Of a stretch of DNA of 64,000 nucleotides, positions 45,426 through 55,586 are shown one piece after another (the first letter of the stretch is position 1; every line of letters starts with the position of its first letter). The notes below the pieces were generated by a model. That model had not been told where the DNA came from. It saw nothing but the letters and a program-made list of their open reading frames with translations, and did no database searches. Origin of the DNA: a virus; the IMG/VR virus record IMGVR_UViG_3300022602_000039, positions 32,001 to 96,000 of that record. The stretch is one strand, 5' to 3'. The translations under genes and the position numbers were made by a program.

Positions 45426-47930
45426 ATGCCAACCACAGCCGCGACTCTAACCCTAAACGTACCAGCGATTACTGGTTTGCTTGCCGGTGTTACAATTAGT
45501 ACCATAGTTAACCAAATTTCAGCTCTTGGTATTTCACAGGGTACAAGTGCTGTTACGTGTCTTACAGCAAATTCTGCAAATTGGCAAAGTACCTATACTA
45601 CAGTATATGCAAATAGTGCTAATTGGTACAATGGTATCAATAGTATCAATTCTTTTCTTGGTACCACTAGTGGAAATTGGCAGAATACTTTTACAACAGT
45701 TAGTGCAACTAGTGCTACTTGGCAGAGAACAACTAGTAATTTTACTCTTTCAAGTCCTTTATGGAATTCAACATATACAACGGTAAGTGCAGGGTCTGGT
45801 GTATGGGCGCAGGGTGCTAATTCAACAGCAACAGTTATTGCCAATAGTGGTTATTGGCAGAATGCCTACGTAACTGTTAGTGCAAATCAAGGTGCCTGGG
45901 GATTAAATGCCGGTGGTATTAGAGGTCCGTATTCTGTTATTAGTACAGGTACAATTCTTCCTGTTAGCGGTACCCCGACTGTATGCCTTAATGTAGGTAA
46001 TTATAATAATATACTTGGTGGATTGAGTGGTACAAACAGTGGTAACTACAATTCGTTAGTTGGTGGTTACCGTAATTTTCTTTCAGGTGGTAATTTTAAT
46101 TATATTGGTACCGGTGGTTTAAATTCTATCGGTGGATTTAGTACAACAACAGTTTTAACCGGTCGTATTTACGATAATCAGCTTGGTGGTACATCAGTGC
46201 TATCCGGTAATGGTAGTTGTATGAGAATATATGATACCCAGGGTGGTAATTTCTCATCACAGTATTCTGTTAACGATGTTGTCACTGTAACATATACAAC
46301 AAATACACTTCCATATCTAACAGCTGCTAATACACCTTCAACCTGTGGTATAATACAGGCTGTTTCACCAACAAATAATAACTTTTTAGGTTATGTGGTT
46401 GTAAAGGGTGTAGGTGGTTGTTCATTAGATCTTAGTACTAGTACTAATACAAGTATAAGTGCGACAGGATTTGTAATGTCTAATCGTTCGTATAATGCAG
46501 GGTCTGTAGGTAGTATAGTTAATGGTGGTTATCTCAATACAGCTTCTGGTAATTATAGTACAGTTGGTGGTGGTCTCTTTAACTACGCTTTAAGTGGTGC
46601 TACTATTGGTGGTGGTGCACGAAATTCCGCAATAACGAATTCATTTATTGGTGGTGGTTGTGGTAATTGGAGTAATACACCGGGTTCAGTAATTGCTGCA
46701 GGCAGCTTTAACAAGACAGGTGGTAATCCAACATATACATCTACTGGTACCCTATCAACAAATGGTGCTTGTACTGTAGTTCAATTTACAAATATTAATG
46801 GAGTAAGTGCATTTAATGCCTTTGATCCAGTAACTGTAGTATCAGTCGGTACGAATGGCTTGTCTGCCGGATCAGTTTCAACAGCAACAGTTGTCGGTCG
46901 TTTACCTAATACACCTGGTATTATTGTAACCGGTAATTATAGCACAGCTTCATGTGTTGCTGTATGGGATCGAATTGTTAATAGTAATAGCTCGTTTAAT
47001 ACTGTAGGTGGTGGTGTATTAAATACAGCGACAGGTGGTGGTAGTGTGGTTGCCGGTGGTAGTTGTAATACAGCTTCAGGTAATTATTCATCTATTCTTG
47101 GCGGTGTTAATAATAGCGCCAATAGTCTAGCAAATACTGTTATCTTAGGTTCCAATATTACAGCCTTATCATCAAATTACGCGTATGTAAATAATTTGAG
47201 TTCACAGGGTACAGTAAATTCACTTTTTATTAATTCGCTTAGTACAGTTAATATTGGCAATAGTCTTTCTGTACAGGTTGCAGCAAGTGCAAGTCCAATT
47301 CTAAATTTTGATTCACGTTATTCTACAGTATCAGGTGCAATTAATAAAATTAATCTCTGGGGTGGATTTTACGGTTTCGGTATTGCACCTAGCGAAGTAT
47401 CATATGTCGGTAGCAATCATATATTTTATCCGTATCCTTCAAATACATCTATAAGCGCTGTGTCCGCTGCAATGATTATTTCTAGTACTGGTCAAGTCGG
47501 TATTGGTAATAATGTCTGGAGCACCACAAATCAACCTAGCCCGTCAGCTCAATTAACTGTAGTTGGTAACGTAAGTGCGGCTGGTAATATTACTGCAACC
47601 GGTAATGTTTATGGTGGTACAGGTATTACTTCAATAGCTGGTACAACATATACAATTCAGTTATCAGATAACGGTGGTATGATCGCTTCGACAAATACAG
47701 GAGCAGGCTTGACAGCAACAGTTGTTGGTACAAATTACCCGGTTGGATTTAACGTTGCGATTATGCAATTAGGTGGCTCTACAACAACTGGCCGTATTGC
47801 AGTATCTGGATCAAGTTTAACAATTAACCAAGCGAGCGGCTACTTTAAGACAAGAACTCAATATTCAACAGCAACTCTAATGTATTTTGGTGCACCAGGT
47901 TGGGTATTATTCGGTGATCTTGCACTTTAA
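45426..47930 (+). CDS. tail fibre / adhesin-like virion protein
   Basis: W-periodic shaft and beta-roll repeats shared with 6004-9699; C-terminal QYS.A.L...W.L.GDL tip. Confidence 0.8.
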   Translation: MPTTAATLTLNVPAITGLLAGVTISTIVNQISALGISQGTSAVTCLTANSANWQSTYTTVYANSANWYNGINSINSFLGTTSGNWQNTFTTVSATSATWQRTTSNFTLSSPLWNSTYTTVSAGSGVWAQGANSTATVIANSGYWQNAYVTVSANQGAWGLNAGGIRGPYSVISTGTILPVSGTPTVCLNVGNYNNILGGLSGTNSGNYNSLVGGYRNFLSGGNFNYIGTGGLNSIGGFSTTTVLTGRIYDNQLGGTSVLSGNGSCMRIYDTQGGNFSSQYSVNDVVTVTYTTNTLPYLTAANTPSTCGIIQAVSPTNNNFLGYVVVKGVGGCSLDLSTSTNTSISATGFVMSNRSYNAGSVGSIVNGGYLNTASGNYSTVGGGLFNYALSGATIGGGARNSAITNSFIGGGCGNWSNTPGSVIAAGSFNKTGGNPTYTSTGTLSTNGACTVVQFTNINGVSAFNAFDPVTVVSVGTNGLSAGSVSTATVVGRLPNTPGIIVTGNYSTASCVAVWDRIVNSNSSFNTVGGGVLNTATGGGSVVAGGSCNTASGNYSSILGGVNNSANSLANTVILGSNITALSSNYAYVNNLSSQGTVNSLFINSLSTVNIGNSLSVQVAASASPILNFDSRYSTVSGAINKINLWGGFYGFGIAPSEVSYVGSNHIFYPYPSNTSISAVSAAMIISSTGQVGIGNNVWSTTNQPSPSAQLTVVGNVSAAGNITATGNVYGGTGITSIAGTTYTIQLSDNGGMIASTNTGAGLTATVVGTNYPVGFNVAIMQLGGSTTTGRIAVSGSSLTINQASGYFKTRTQYSTATLMYFGAPGWVLFGDLAL

Positions 47931-47935
47931 TTTTT

Positions 47936-48805
47936 ATGTTCATTACACGAACAGGTACAGATGGTTATCTGAATAGCCCGCAATCACCGGTTAGTGCATA
48001 TAATGTACAATACCTCATTGTAGGAGGCGGTGGTGGCGGTGGTGCAGGTGTAGGAGGTCAAGCTTTAGGCGGTGGCGGTGGTGGCGGTGGTGTGCTTAAT
48101 GGTACTATGTCCATCAATCATTTATCTCAATATTATGTAAACGTTGGTACAGGTGGTGGAGATACCGCGGGTGGCTTAAACTCATCATTTAATCAAATTA
48201 TAGCATCTGGTGGCGGCTCTGGTGGTACTATTAACTCTTCTGGTATACCTATACTTGCTACGAACGGTGGTTCAGGTGGTGGTGGTAGCGGTCAGGGAGG
48301 TACGCCACCACCTGGTGCATCAGGTGTAACCGGACAAGGCAACGCCGGTGGTTCCGGTGGTGGTGCATCAGCGTATGGTGGAGGCGGTGGCGGTGGTGCA
48401 GGAAGTGTGGGTATCGGTGGTACCGGTTCTGCTGGTGGCAACGGTGGTAATGGTATTGCTTCCTCTATAACCGGTTCTTCAGTAGTATATAGCGGTGGCG
48501 GTGGTGGTGGTGCTTATTCAACATATCCTGCTGGTGCTGGTGGTTCCGGTGGTGGTGGTAATGGTGCGAATAATAACGGTGCTGGGTCTGCTGGTACTAA
48601 TGGTCTTGGTGGCGGTGGTGGTGGATCTTCTGAATACGGTTCAACCAGCTTTAACGCCGGTGGTAGCGGTGGTTCTGGTATTGTTGTTATATCATATCCA
48701 AACGCAAGTCAAATTGCTTCCGGTGGTAACATTACCTCTTATACAAACTCCGGTAGTACATTTTGGGTTCATTCGTTTACCGCTAACGGTTATTTTATAG
48801 CATAA
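47936..48805 (+). CDS. glycine-rich virion protein
   Basis: YLIVGGGGGG...GGSGIVVISY...VHSF glycine-rich domain. Confidence 0.8.
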   Translation: MFITRTGTDGYLNSPQSPVSAYNVQYLIVGGGGGGGAGVGGQALGGGGGGGGVLNGTMSINHLSQYYVNVGTGGGDTAGGLNSSFNQIIASGGGSGGTINSSGIPILATNGGSGGGGSGQGGTPPPGASGVTGQGNAGGSGGGASAYGGGGGGGAGSVGIGGTGSAGGNGGNGIASSITGSSVVYSGGGGGGAYSTYPAGAGGSGGGGNGANNNGAGSAGTNGLGGGGGGSSEYGSTSFNAGGSGGSGIVVISYPNASQIASGGNITSYTNSGSTFWVHSFTANGYFIA

Positions 48806-48846
48806 ACAAACCGTTGAACAGCCATATATTTTGTTAAATATATGCA

Positions 48847-49497
48847 GTGAGAACATATTTAGTACAGTTATCTAGTAATCAGAATATTGGTGTTCCAGGT
48901 CTTATTGATTCCTTAACATTTAATACCAATCTTACTGCTTTTACAGGTGGTCCTATTGATGGTCAATATTTTAGTACATCTACTGCTAGCTATGCAAATA
49001 CAGCAAACGATGGATCGTTCTTTCCATGGAAGTTTATAATACAAACATTTACAACTAATTTACCGCCACTTGTTTTAAAGGGACCATATACTTTTGTATT
49101 CTCAACATCTGCACTCGATTCCACACAATTTGGTATTCTTAAGGTATTATACGATTTCGGGGATGGAACCCATCGTACTGTAAGTTACCCAGCAGGTAAT
49201 AGTTTTAGCGGTATAGCGTTAATTGAACAGCCTGGTGATGTTATTGTTCAAAATGATTATTACCCGTTAAGTCTAAGTGGTACAACATATACACCATCTG
49301 TTACAGTTATTAACGGTAATCTTGTAAATTTTGTTTATAATTTAACAGCAACATTCTTCCCGTCTTCAATATATGAGCTAAATGACATACATCTTATTAA
49401 TAGTTTGTCTGTAGGTGCTAGCTCAACAGAGCTTCTCAATATATTTGAAACTCGATCACCGAATTATATTACCCATGCACTAACATTAAGTGCATAA
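48847..49497 (+). CDS. PKD-domain virion protein
   Basis: YDFGDG motif. Confidence 0.65.
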   Translation: MRTYLVQLSSNQNIGVPGLIDSLTFNTNLTAFTGGPIDGQYFSTSTASYANTANDGSFFPWKFIIQTFTTNLPPLVLKGPYTFVFSTSALDSTQFGILKVLYDFGDGTHRTVSYPAGNSFSGIALIEQPGDVIVQNDYYPLSLSGTTYTPSVTVINGNLVNFVYNLTATFFPSSIYELNDIHLINSLSVGASSTELLNIFETRSPNYITHALTLSA

Positions 49498-49509
49498 ATA
49501 TTAATAATC

Positions 49510-52500
49510 ATGGATGTAGTTTCTGTTAATCCGACTAATTTTATTGGGCTGTCTTCATCGTATGTGTCTGATAAAACTGTGTCCCTAAATCAGAGTATGT
49601 ATTTTACAGAGCAAGGGTATAATTTGCCATTTACTGAAATTTATGCTGATTTAAAAGATACAAAAACTAATAATTATTCAAATCTTTATCTTACCCGTTA
49701 TGATACTTTAACATCAAACGCATTCATTGAACCGTTGGAAGATTTACCAGTAAGAGGATTTAGTACATACCTTGCTACATACAATACACCAAATATTGAC
49801 GATAACACACTCTTCTTAGTTACTCAAGAGCCTCCCATTACTGTAAGTACAGCGGGTATAGCGCTCTCAGGTGTATATAATAATTTAGATAATAGAAGTT
49901 TCTTTGAAGTATTATTTTTAGATAATACTTTATGTAAAGTGATTCATAGTAAGAGTGGTGTTAATCGATATCTTACAGCTGATTCCGGGCGTCTGTTATT
50001 TGAATTTGATAACGGTCAGGATAGTTTAGGTGCTATTAGTTCGCAAATCTTTAACTACATATACGATCCTGCTAGTAATATTTTAGTACTTGCAAAAAGT
50101 ATACTTGATAATTCCAACAATTATATTTGTGAATATGTTGGGTATACAGAAAGTACATATTCACCTAATAATATACCGTCTGTTGTTGTACAAGGAGCTG
50201 CATTAACGTTCTTTAAACCTGTGCAAGGCGGTAATACACCGTACCCCCCAAATGCAATTCTTAGATGCACACCACAACCTGGACCTATAGCAGATACTCT
50301 CTTGTATGATGCTTGGGTTAGCTATCAACGCGATTTTAAGACTAACACACAAGATATTAATCCAAATAAAAGTGTACCGTACGTTAATACAAACTTACTT
50401 GTTAATAATGAGTATAGTAATATTAACAAGGATAATACACTTAATATTAATATTCTATCTCTTAAGAATACAACAACACCTGAAAATTTACAAAGTCGTA
50501 ATAATCCGTTTCAAGCATATCGTTCTCTTTACTTCAATGAAGATGATGTAAGTTCAAGACAGTATAATAATCTCTTTACTGGTTCAAATCAGGAATATGG
50601 TAACGACAATATTAGTATAGGGTATGAATCCTATACATCACAATTAACTCTACCTGCTGACAAAACAACATACTTTCATACACCACAAACTCTCTACCCG
50701 TACGTAAAGATAAATGTAGCTGATGCCGGTTTTATTGAAGCGGGTGCTATAGCTGGTGATCACCCAATGAAAGCAGATAAGATTTTCAAAAAACTTGCAT
50801 CTGCTAAATATACATCACCGTTTGGTCAAGTTTCAGATGAAACATCCGGTACATTTTTATGTAGTTGGTTATCAGGTGGTCTTGATGCTAATTCGTTACC
50901 TATTTGGGTTGATAGATATTATAACCCTTCTTCAATAACATATATAACAGCACTAACCGGAGCTCCGGTTAATTATACAACCACATTTAATAAACTAATC
51001 AATGCAGTATCTGGAACAAATAATGTAACAGTATTTGATAAGCCATCTGATTTAGTTCTTGAGCCAGGTGCTTATTATGCTTATCAGCATATTGGTAATA
51101 ATTATATAAATCAATACATAAATTCCTTTACACCATTTTTAGTAGATGACACCTTTTCGGCTTACCTTAATTATAAAAAACAAAATGTTCTTACACCTGG
51201 TATAACCGCAAATGAATTTAATTTTAATGGTTCAAATTTTACAATTAGTAATTCATTATCTGCAATAGATGAATCGAGTCAATTTACTTTGTCTTTCTAC
51301 GGTGATAGTCAAAACTGGCAACAACCACTTGGGTATCAACTAGTAGGTAATTTTGTTCATGATGGTTTTGGTATCTTTAATACAAATATCGTAACACCTA
51401 CATTATATGTAATGAGTACAACTGGTATGAGTATTCTTAATACAAGTTTAGTACCTCTTAAGACCATACCATATACTTCTCAACCTCTAGGGTTTATGCG
51501 TTTAGAGGGAATGAGAGATTATTATGGTATGTTCAGTGATGGTACATTTAGAAGATTTAATATATCTGATATATCTCTTAGCATTACATCTAATCCGACA
51601 TTAACCGGTATGTTGAGTTATGATTATACTGATCGTTTTGGATATATCTTATGTGAAAACAACGGTATAGCTAATGTATTAGAAGCTGATTTAAATCAAA
51701 CAACACTTACAGATATTACCACAGCTTATAATCTATTTGTTTATACACCAGGTGGTAATCTTAATGACTCGAATACAATTACTCTACACAATAATCTATT
51801 ATATTTTACATACGGTTATCAAGCACGTTTAAGAGACAATATTATATACTTTTTATCACCGGATTATACTGCACTTCTTCGTTGGGATACAACTTTATCC
51901 ACAGTGACCACAGCTTTTCAATCTCGTTCTAAGATAGCAGATTATAATATTGATTTTAACGGTAATATATGGTTAATTGATAGTACAAACGGTTATTATA
52001 GTTTTACTTCAACAAGAAACCCATTGGTTTCTGGTACTATTCCAAATAACTCCACTAAACCTATTATCTATAATTTTGTAGGTGATGGCGTTACCACGAC
52101 ATTTACACTAACAGGTACTGGTTATTCACAAAATCCAAGCGATTATACAATTAACTATGCTTACACAACCACATTAAGCTCGGTTTCATCAGTTACTGAT
52201 TCTGTCGGTAATGTTATACGTACATTATCCTATACCTCAACACAATATAATAGCAGTACATACATTTCAGGTACTGAATTTTATATTGACGGTAATCAAA
52301 TTATTTTTTATACAGCACCAAGTAACGGGTATGCATTATCAGGTGCTACTACCTTACCAATTGACACATTTAATAATGCACGTATTAATTTTATTAGTGA
52401 ATATACACCAGTTGGACTCTATCAGGCAGTTCTTTTAACGCGTTCAGGTTATGATCCTTTAACATTATCTGCAAGTAATCAATTTACAATTCTATCCTTA

Positions 52501-53232
52501 ACAGGTGTTCCGATATTAACCTCAGTATATGATAATAACTTCGTTTCTGATAATAGTCTTACGAATGATGATTATCTTGCCACTCAAGTTAATGCAATTT
52601 ACGGTAATTCAAATTTAAACGTTAAGGCAGTACTAACTAATGTGTATAACAATCTCGATAATTTGACAGTAGAGATTATTACATCATTATCTGGCGTAGA
52701 CCCAGGTCCCCATCACTTTGCCGTGCGCTTTGATAGCTACCACGGTGAAATGACTCTTTTTATTGACGGTCAAGATGTCGGTAATGCATATTTTGAACCA
52801 AGAAAGTATAAATTTAGTAATTTAATTAACCGACCATTTATGTTCGGTACAACAACATACAAAAATAATATTCCGTTGTATCAATACCTTCAAAAACAGT
52901 CATATCTTGTTAATGGTCTTAATATAAGCAAGTATAACATTTACAGTAAGCCATTGAATGATTATGATATTAAATTTCTTGCGCGCCAGGGCATGAATAT
53001 ACAGGATATTAACGTTAATATACCTTGTGGTCGTAGAAATTATGTAGAAGAAATTGAACGCTACTTTAAAGCAACAGTTCCAGGTTCAAAGTCTACTCTT
53101 TATAATTTAAACATTACAAATACAGGTATTACTGATAAATCACTGCAGCAGGCTCTAGCTACAAGAATTTTAGCTGAACTCAAAGATACAGCTCCAGCTT
53201 ACTCTCAGATAAATAGTATTAACTGGATTTAA
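49510..53232 (+). CDS. large virion/baseplate-associated protein with C-terminal LamG-like domain
   Basis: 1240 aa, N/T/Y-rich; GDGVTTTF motif; HHFAVRFD...LFIDG. Confidence 0.7.
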   Translation: MDVVSVNPTNFIGLSSSYVSDKTVSLNQSMYFTEQGYNLPFTEIYADLKDTKTNNYSNLYLTRYDTLTSNAFIEPLEDLPVRGFSTYLATYNTPNIDDNTLFLVTQEPPITVSTAGIALSGVYNNLDNRSFFEVLFLDNTLCKVIHSKSGVNRYLTADSGRLLFEFDNGQDSLGAISSQIFNYIYDPASNILVLAKSILDNSNNYICEYVGYTESTYSPNNIPSVVVQGAALTFFKPVQGGNTPYPPNAILRCTPQPGPIADTLLYDAWVSYQRDFKTNTQDINPNKSVPYVNTNLLVNNEYSNINKDNTLNINILSLKNTTTPENLQSRNNPFQAYRSLYFNEDDVSSRQYNNLFTGSNQEYGNDNISIGYESYTSQLTLPADKTTYFHTPQTLYPYVKINVADAGFIEAGAIAGDHPMKADKIFKKLASAKYTSPFGQVSDETSGTFLCSWLSGGLDANSLPIWVDRYYNPSSITYITALTGAPVNYTTTFNKLINAVSGTNNVTVFDKPSDLVLEPGAYYAYQHIGNNYINQYINSFTPFLVDDTFSAYLNYKKQNVLTPGITANEFNFNGSNFTISNSLSAIDESSQFTLSFYGDSQNWQQPLGYQLVGNFVHDGFGIFNTNIVTPTLYVMSTTGMSILNTSLVPLKTIPYTSQPLGFMRLEGMRDYYGMFSDGTFRRFNISDISLSITSNPTLTGMLSYDYTDRFGYILCENNGIANVLEADLNQTTLTDITTAYNLFVYTPGGNLNDSNTITLHNNLLYFTYGYQARLRDNIIYFLSPDYTALLRWDTTLSTVTTAFQSRSKIADYNIDFNGNIWLIDSTNGYYSFTSTRNPLVSGTIPNNSTKPIIYNFVGDGVTTTFTLTGTGYSQNPSDYTINYAYTTTLSSVSSVTDSVGNVIRTLSYTSTQYNSSTYISGTEFYIDGNQIIFYTAPSNGYALSGATTLPIDTFNNARINFISEYTPVGLYQAVLLTRSGYDPLTLSASNQFTILSLTGVPILTSVYDNNFVSDNSLTNDDYLATQVNAIYGNSNLNVKAVLTNVYNNLDNLTVEIITSLSGVDPGPHHFAVRFDSYHGEMTLFIDGQDVGNAYFEPRKYKFSNLINRPFMFGTTTYKNNIPLYQYLQKQSYLVNGLNISKYNIYSKPLNDYDIKFLARQGMNIQDINVNIPCGRRNYVEEIERYFKATVPGSKSTLYNLNITNTGITDKSLQQALATRILAELKDTAPAYSQINSINWI

Positions 53233-53237
53233 TTAAC

Positions 53238-55121
53238 ATGAATATAGCCGATATTGCAAGTGGAGTTGGTACAGTGTATGATCGTACACTTCATACCTCT
53301 CTACTATTGCCGCATTCAGGCTTTGATGCAATAGCTATCGCACAAAACGATGTTGTTACTTCAGCAGTTATTAATAACGCTATTAGTAAATTGTATGATA
53401 ATTTTATTCAGCTGTATCGTTATAGTAACGTAGCATCAAACGTTATTCCAATTTCATCAATTGGCTTTATAGGTGCACTACCTAACGTACCACCTACATA
53501 TAATACTATTACTAGTACACAGGTAATAACATCTTATACAGTTACTGTTAGTTCCACGTTCAATCCATCTACAAGAACACAAGTTTATGCAACAACTGCT
53601 TACGGTAATGTAGTTGAAAATTCAGTATTAATACCAGTTTTACAGCAAAATGGAACCACATATATAACATATCTCTCTACCGTATATTATACCACTACAA
53701 CAAGTACAACTGTATCTGCCATAACAGCAATTGTACCTAGTACATCACTTAAATGGTATACAACATCTAACTTTTTAAGTAGTAGTCAATTTTTATCACT
53801 TTCTACAACACAATATAGTAATCTCGATAATATTGTTACAATCACAGGTGGTATTAATTATCAAGTTACACCTAACAAATACGTTTTATTTGCTTCTACA
53901 GGAACTGATTTAATAGCATTAACAGGTGATACCGGATTGAGTAATATTTCAGTAGCGTTAAGCACAAACACTACAGCAATTTTTTCAAATGTAGGTTTTT
54001 CTGGTATTAATAAATTAATAATTGATCCAGATACAAACCACCTTTATGTTCTCGATTTAAGTGCTAATCTCATTCATAAATTTGATGCATCGGGGTTTCT
54101 TACAAGCGATAATGTTCTTAACAATAAGCTTGTATACATAAAGAGTATTGGTGGCTTTGGTAATTATGATGCCGCTAGTTTGTTTAATAATCCACAAAGT
54201 ATTACCATTAACGGTTCTAATTTTTATGTTTTAGATTCGGGTAATAGTTGTATTAAGCAGTATGATACAAATTTTAACTGGATAACGACACATAGACTTT
54301 TTAGAGATTTTTTTAATAATTATCCAATTGATCTAACAACCGACGGTTACGGTAACATTTATGTATTAACAAATAATAATTTAATTATACAATATAATAG
54401 TGATTTTAGTAAGAAAGTTATAACAACACTACCAACATTATTCAATGCGAATGAATATTATACAGGTCTAACAACCTCTACGGTCAATACAGACATATTT
54501 TATTTGACTTCAAATTTAAATGTATATAAAAAATTCTTTAGTTCAATTAATGATACTATTGGTAAATATCTGCTCTATCGTTTTAATGTCACAAATGGAG
54601 AAAATATAGCATCCTTTACTTCACTTTTAAATGCTGTTGGTAGTGATACAAATGCTATTTTCAGTACATATAACGGTGCAGGTAAATTTGGATTTTATGC
54701 AGATAATATTAATCTTAACACCGTCCTTGTAACCGATAATTTCGATGTATATCCGTTAAGTTCAATTCAGATTGATACTAATGAGTATGTGCAGAATTGG
54801 GTCTTTAATAAGGCAATTGCTAAGCTTATTGTTAATCATACAAGATTACGCAATTTAATCTATACGAGATTTTTATATGAACCAGATGATAACGGTGTGC
54901 TAGTATATAATGGTACTCGCTATCTGACACCTAATGAAGTTAATAATGTTACGTTTGATCAATATCTTACAAACTTCATTGGTTGCAATGAAATTTTTCA
55001 AAATGTAATTGTTAATCGTGGATTGAAAGCTGTATTTGATGCACAGTCTTCAATATTTGATATACTTCAATTGGATGTTCAAACTGCTCCTAATTTAAAT
55101 ATACCAGTATATATCAATTGA
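53238..55121 (+). CDS. virion protein with NHL/beta-propeller repeats
   Basis: LYVLD, FNNPQSI, FYVLDSGN, PIDLTTD.GNIYVL. Confidence 0.7.
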   Translation: MNIADIASGVGTVYDRTLHTSLLLPHSGFDAIAIAQNDVVTSAVINNAISKLYDNFIQLYRYSNVASNVIPISSIGFIGALPNVPPTYNTITSTQVITSYTVTVSSTFNPSTRTQVYATTAYGNVVENSVLIPVLQQNGTTYITYLSTVYYTTTTSTTVSAITAIVPSTSLKWYTTSNFLSSSQFLSLSTTQYSNLDNIVTITGGINYQVTPNKYVLFASTGTDLIALTGDTGLSNISVALSTNTTAIFSNVGFSGINKLIIDPDTNHLYVLDLSANLIHKFDASGFLTSDNVLNNKLVYIKSIGGFGNYDAASLFNNPQSITINGSNFYVLDSGNSCIKQYDTNFNWITTHRLFRDFFNNYPIDLTTDGYGNIYVLTNNNLIIQYNSDFSKKVITTLPTLFNANEYYTGLTTSTVNTDIFYLTSNLNVYKKFFSSINDTIGKYLLYRFNVTNGENIASFTSLLNAVGSDTNAIFSTYNGAGKFGFYADNINLNTVLVTDNFDVYPLSSIQIDTNEYVQNWVFNKAIAKLIVNHTRLRNLIYTRFLYEPDDNGVLVYNGTRYLTPNEVNNVTFDQYLTNFIGCNEIFQNVIVNRGLKAVFDAQSSIFDILQLDVQTAPNLNIPVYIN

Positions 55122-55150
55122 TAATCCAATTTTTACAATAAATAATTGCA

Positions 55151-55585
55151 ATGGCTAACGTATCAATAGTTAAAGTTAAAGTAAGACGCGGAACTGATGC
55201 TCAGCGCAGACAGATCACACTTGATCAAGGTGAGTTAGGTTTTACAACTGATTTTCAGCGCTTTTTTGTAGGTGACGGTGCAACTGTTGGTGGTGTTAGT
55301 CCAGCTATCAAATTTTATACAGTAAATCAACAAGCACTATCTGCTCTTGCACCAAGTCAAACACCTGTGCAGTTAGGTGATGTTGTATATGATACATACT
55401 CGTCCTGTTTCTTTACATTAACCGGTACACAAAATAATACGTGGACAAGTTATCAAATATTACCAATTTTAACTCTAAAAAACGCTCGTACAATTTTACC
55501 ACAATCTTCAAACGGTGGTGGTGGTTTACCGACAGGTACACTCTTTATTAATTTAACCGGTGGTAACACCTTATCAGTAATCTAA
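55151..55585 (+). CDS. tail protein with Mtd_N-like N-terminal domain
   Basis: VRRGT...LDQGELGFTTD..RFFVGDG.T.GG. Confidence 0.75.
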   Translation: MANVSIVKVKVRRGTDAQRRQITLDQGELGFTTDFQRFFVGDGATVGGVSPAIKFYTVNQQALSALAPSQTPVQLGDVVYDTYSSCFFTLTGTQNNTWTSYQILPILTLKNARTILPQSSNGGGGLPTGTLFINLTGGNTLSVI

Positions 55586-55586
55586 T

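Noticed and set aside
43521-48805. GGT-rich tracts as DNA repeats
   Set aside because: Explained by glycine codons in glycine-rich virion proteins
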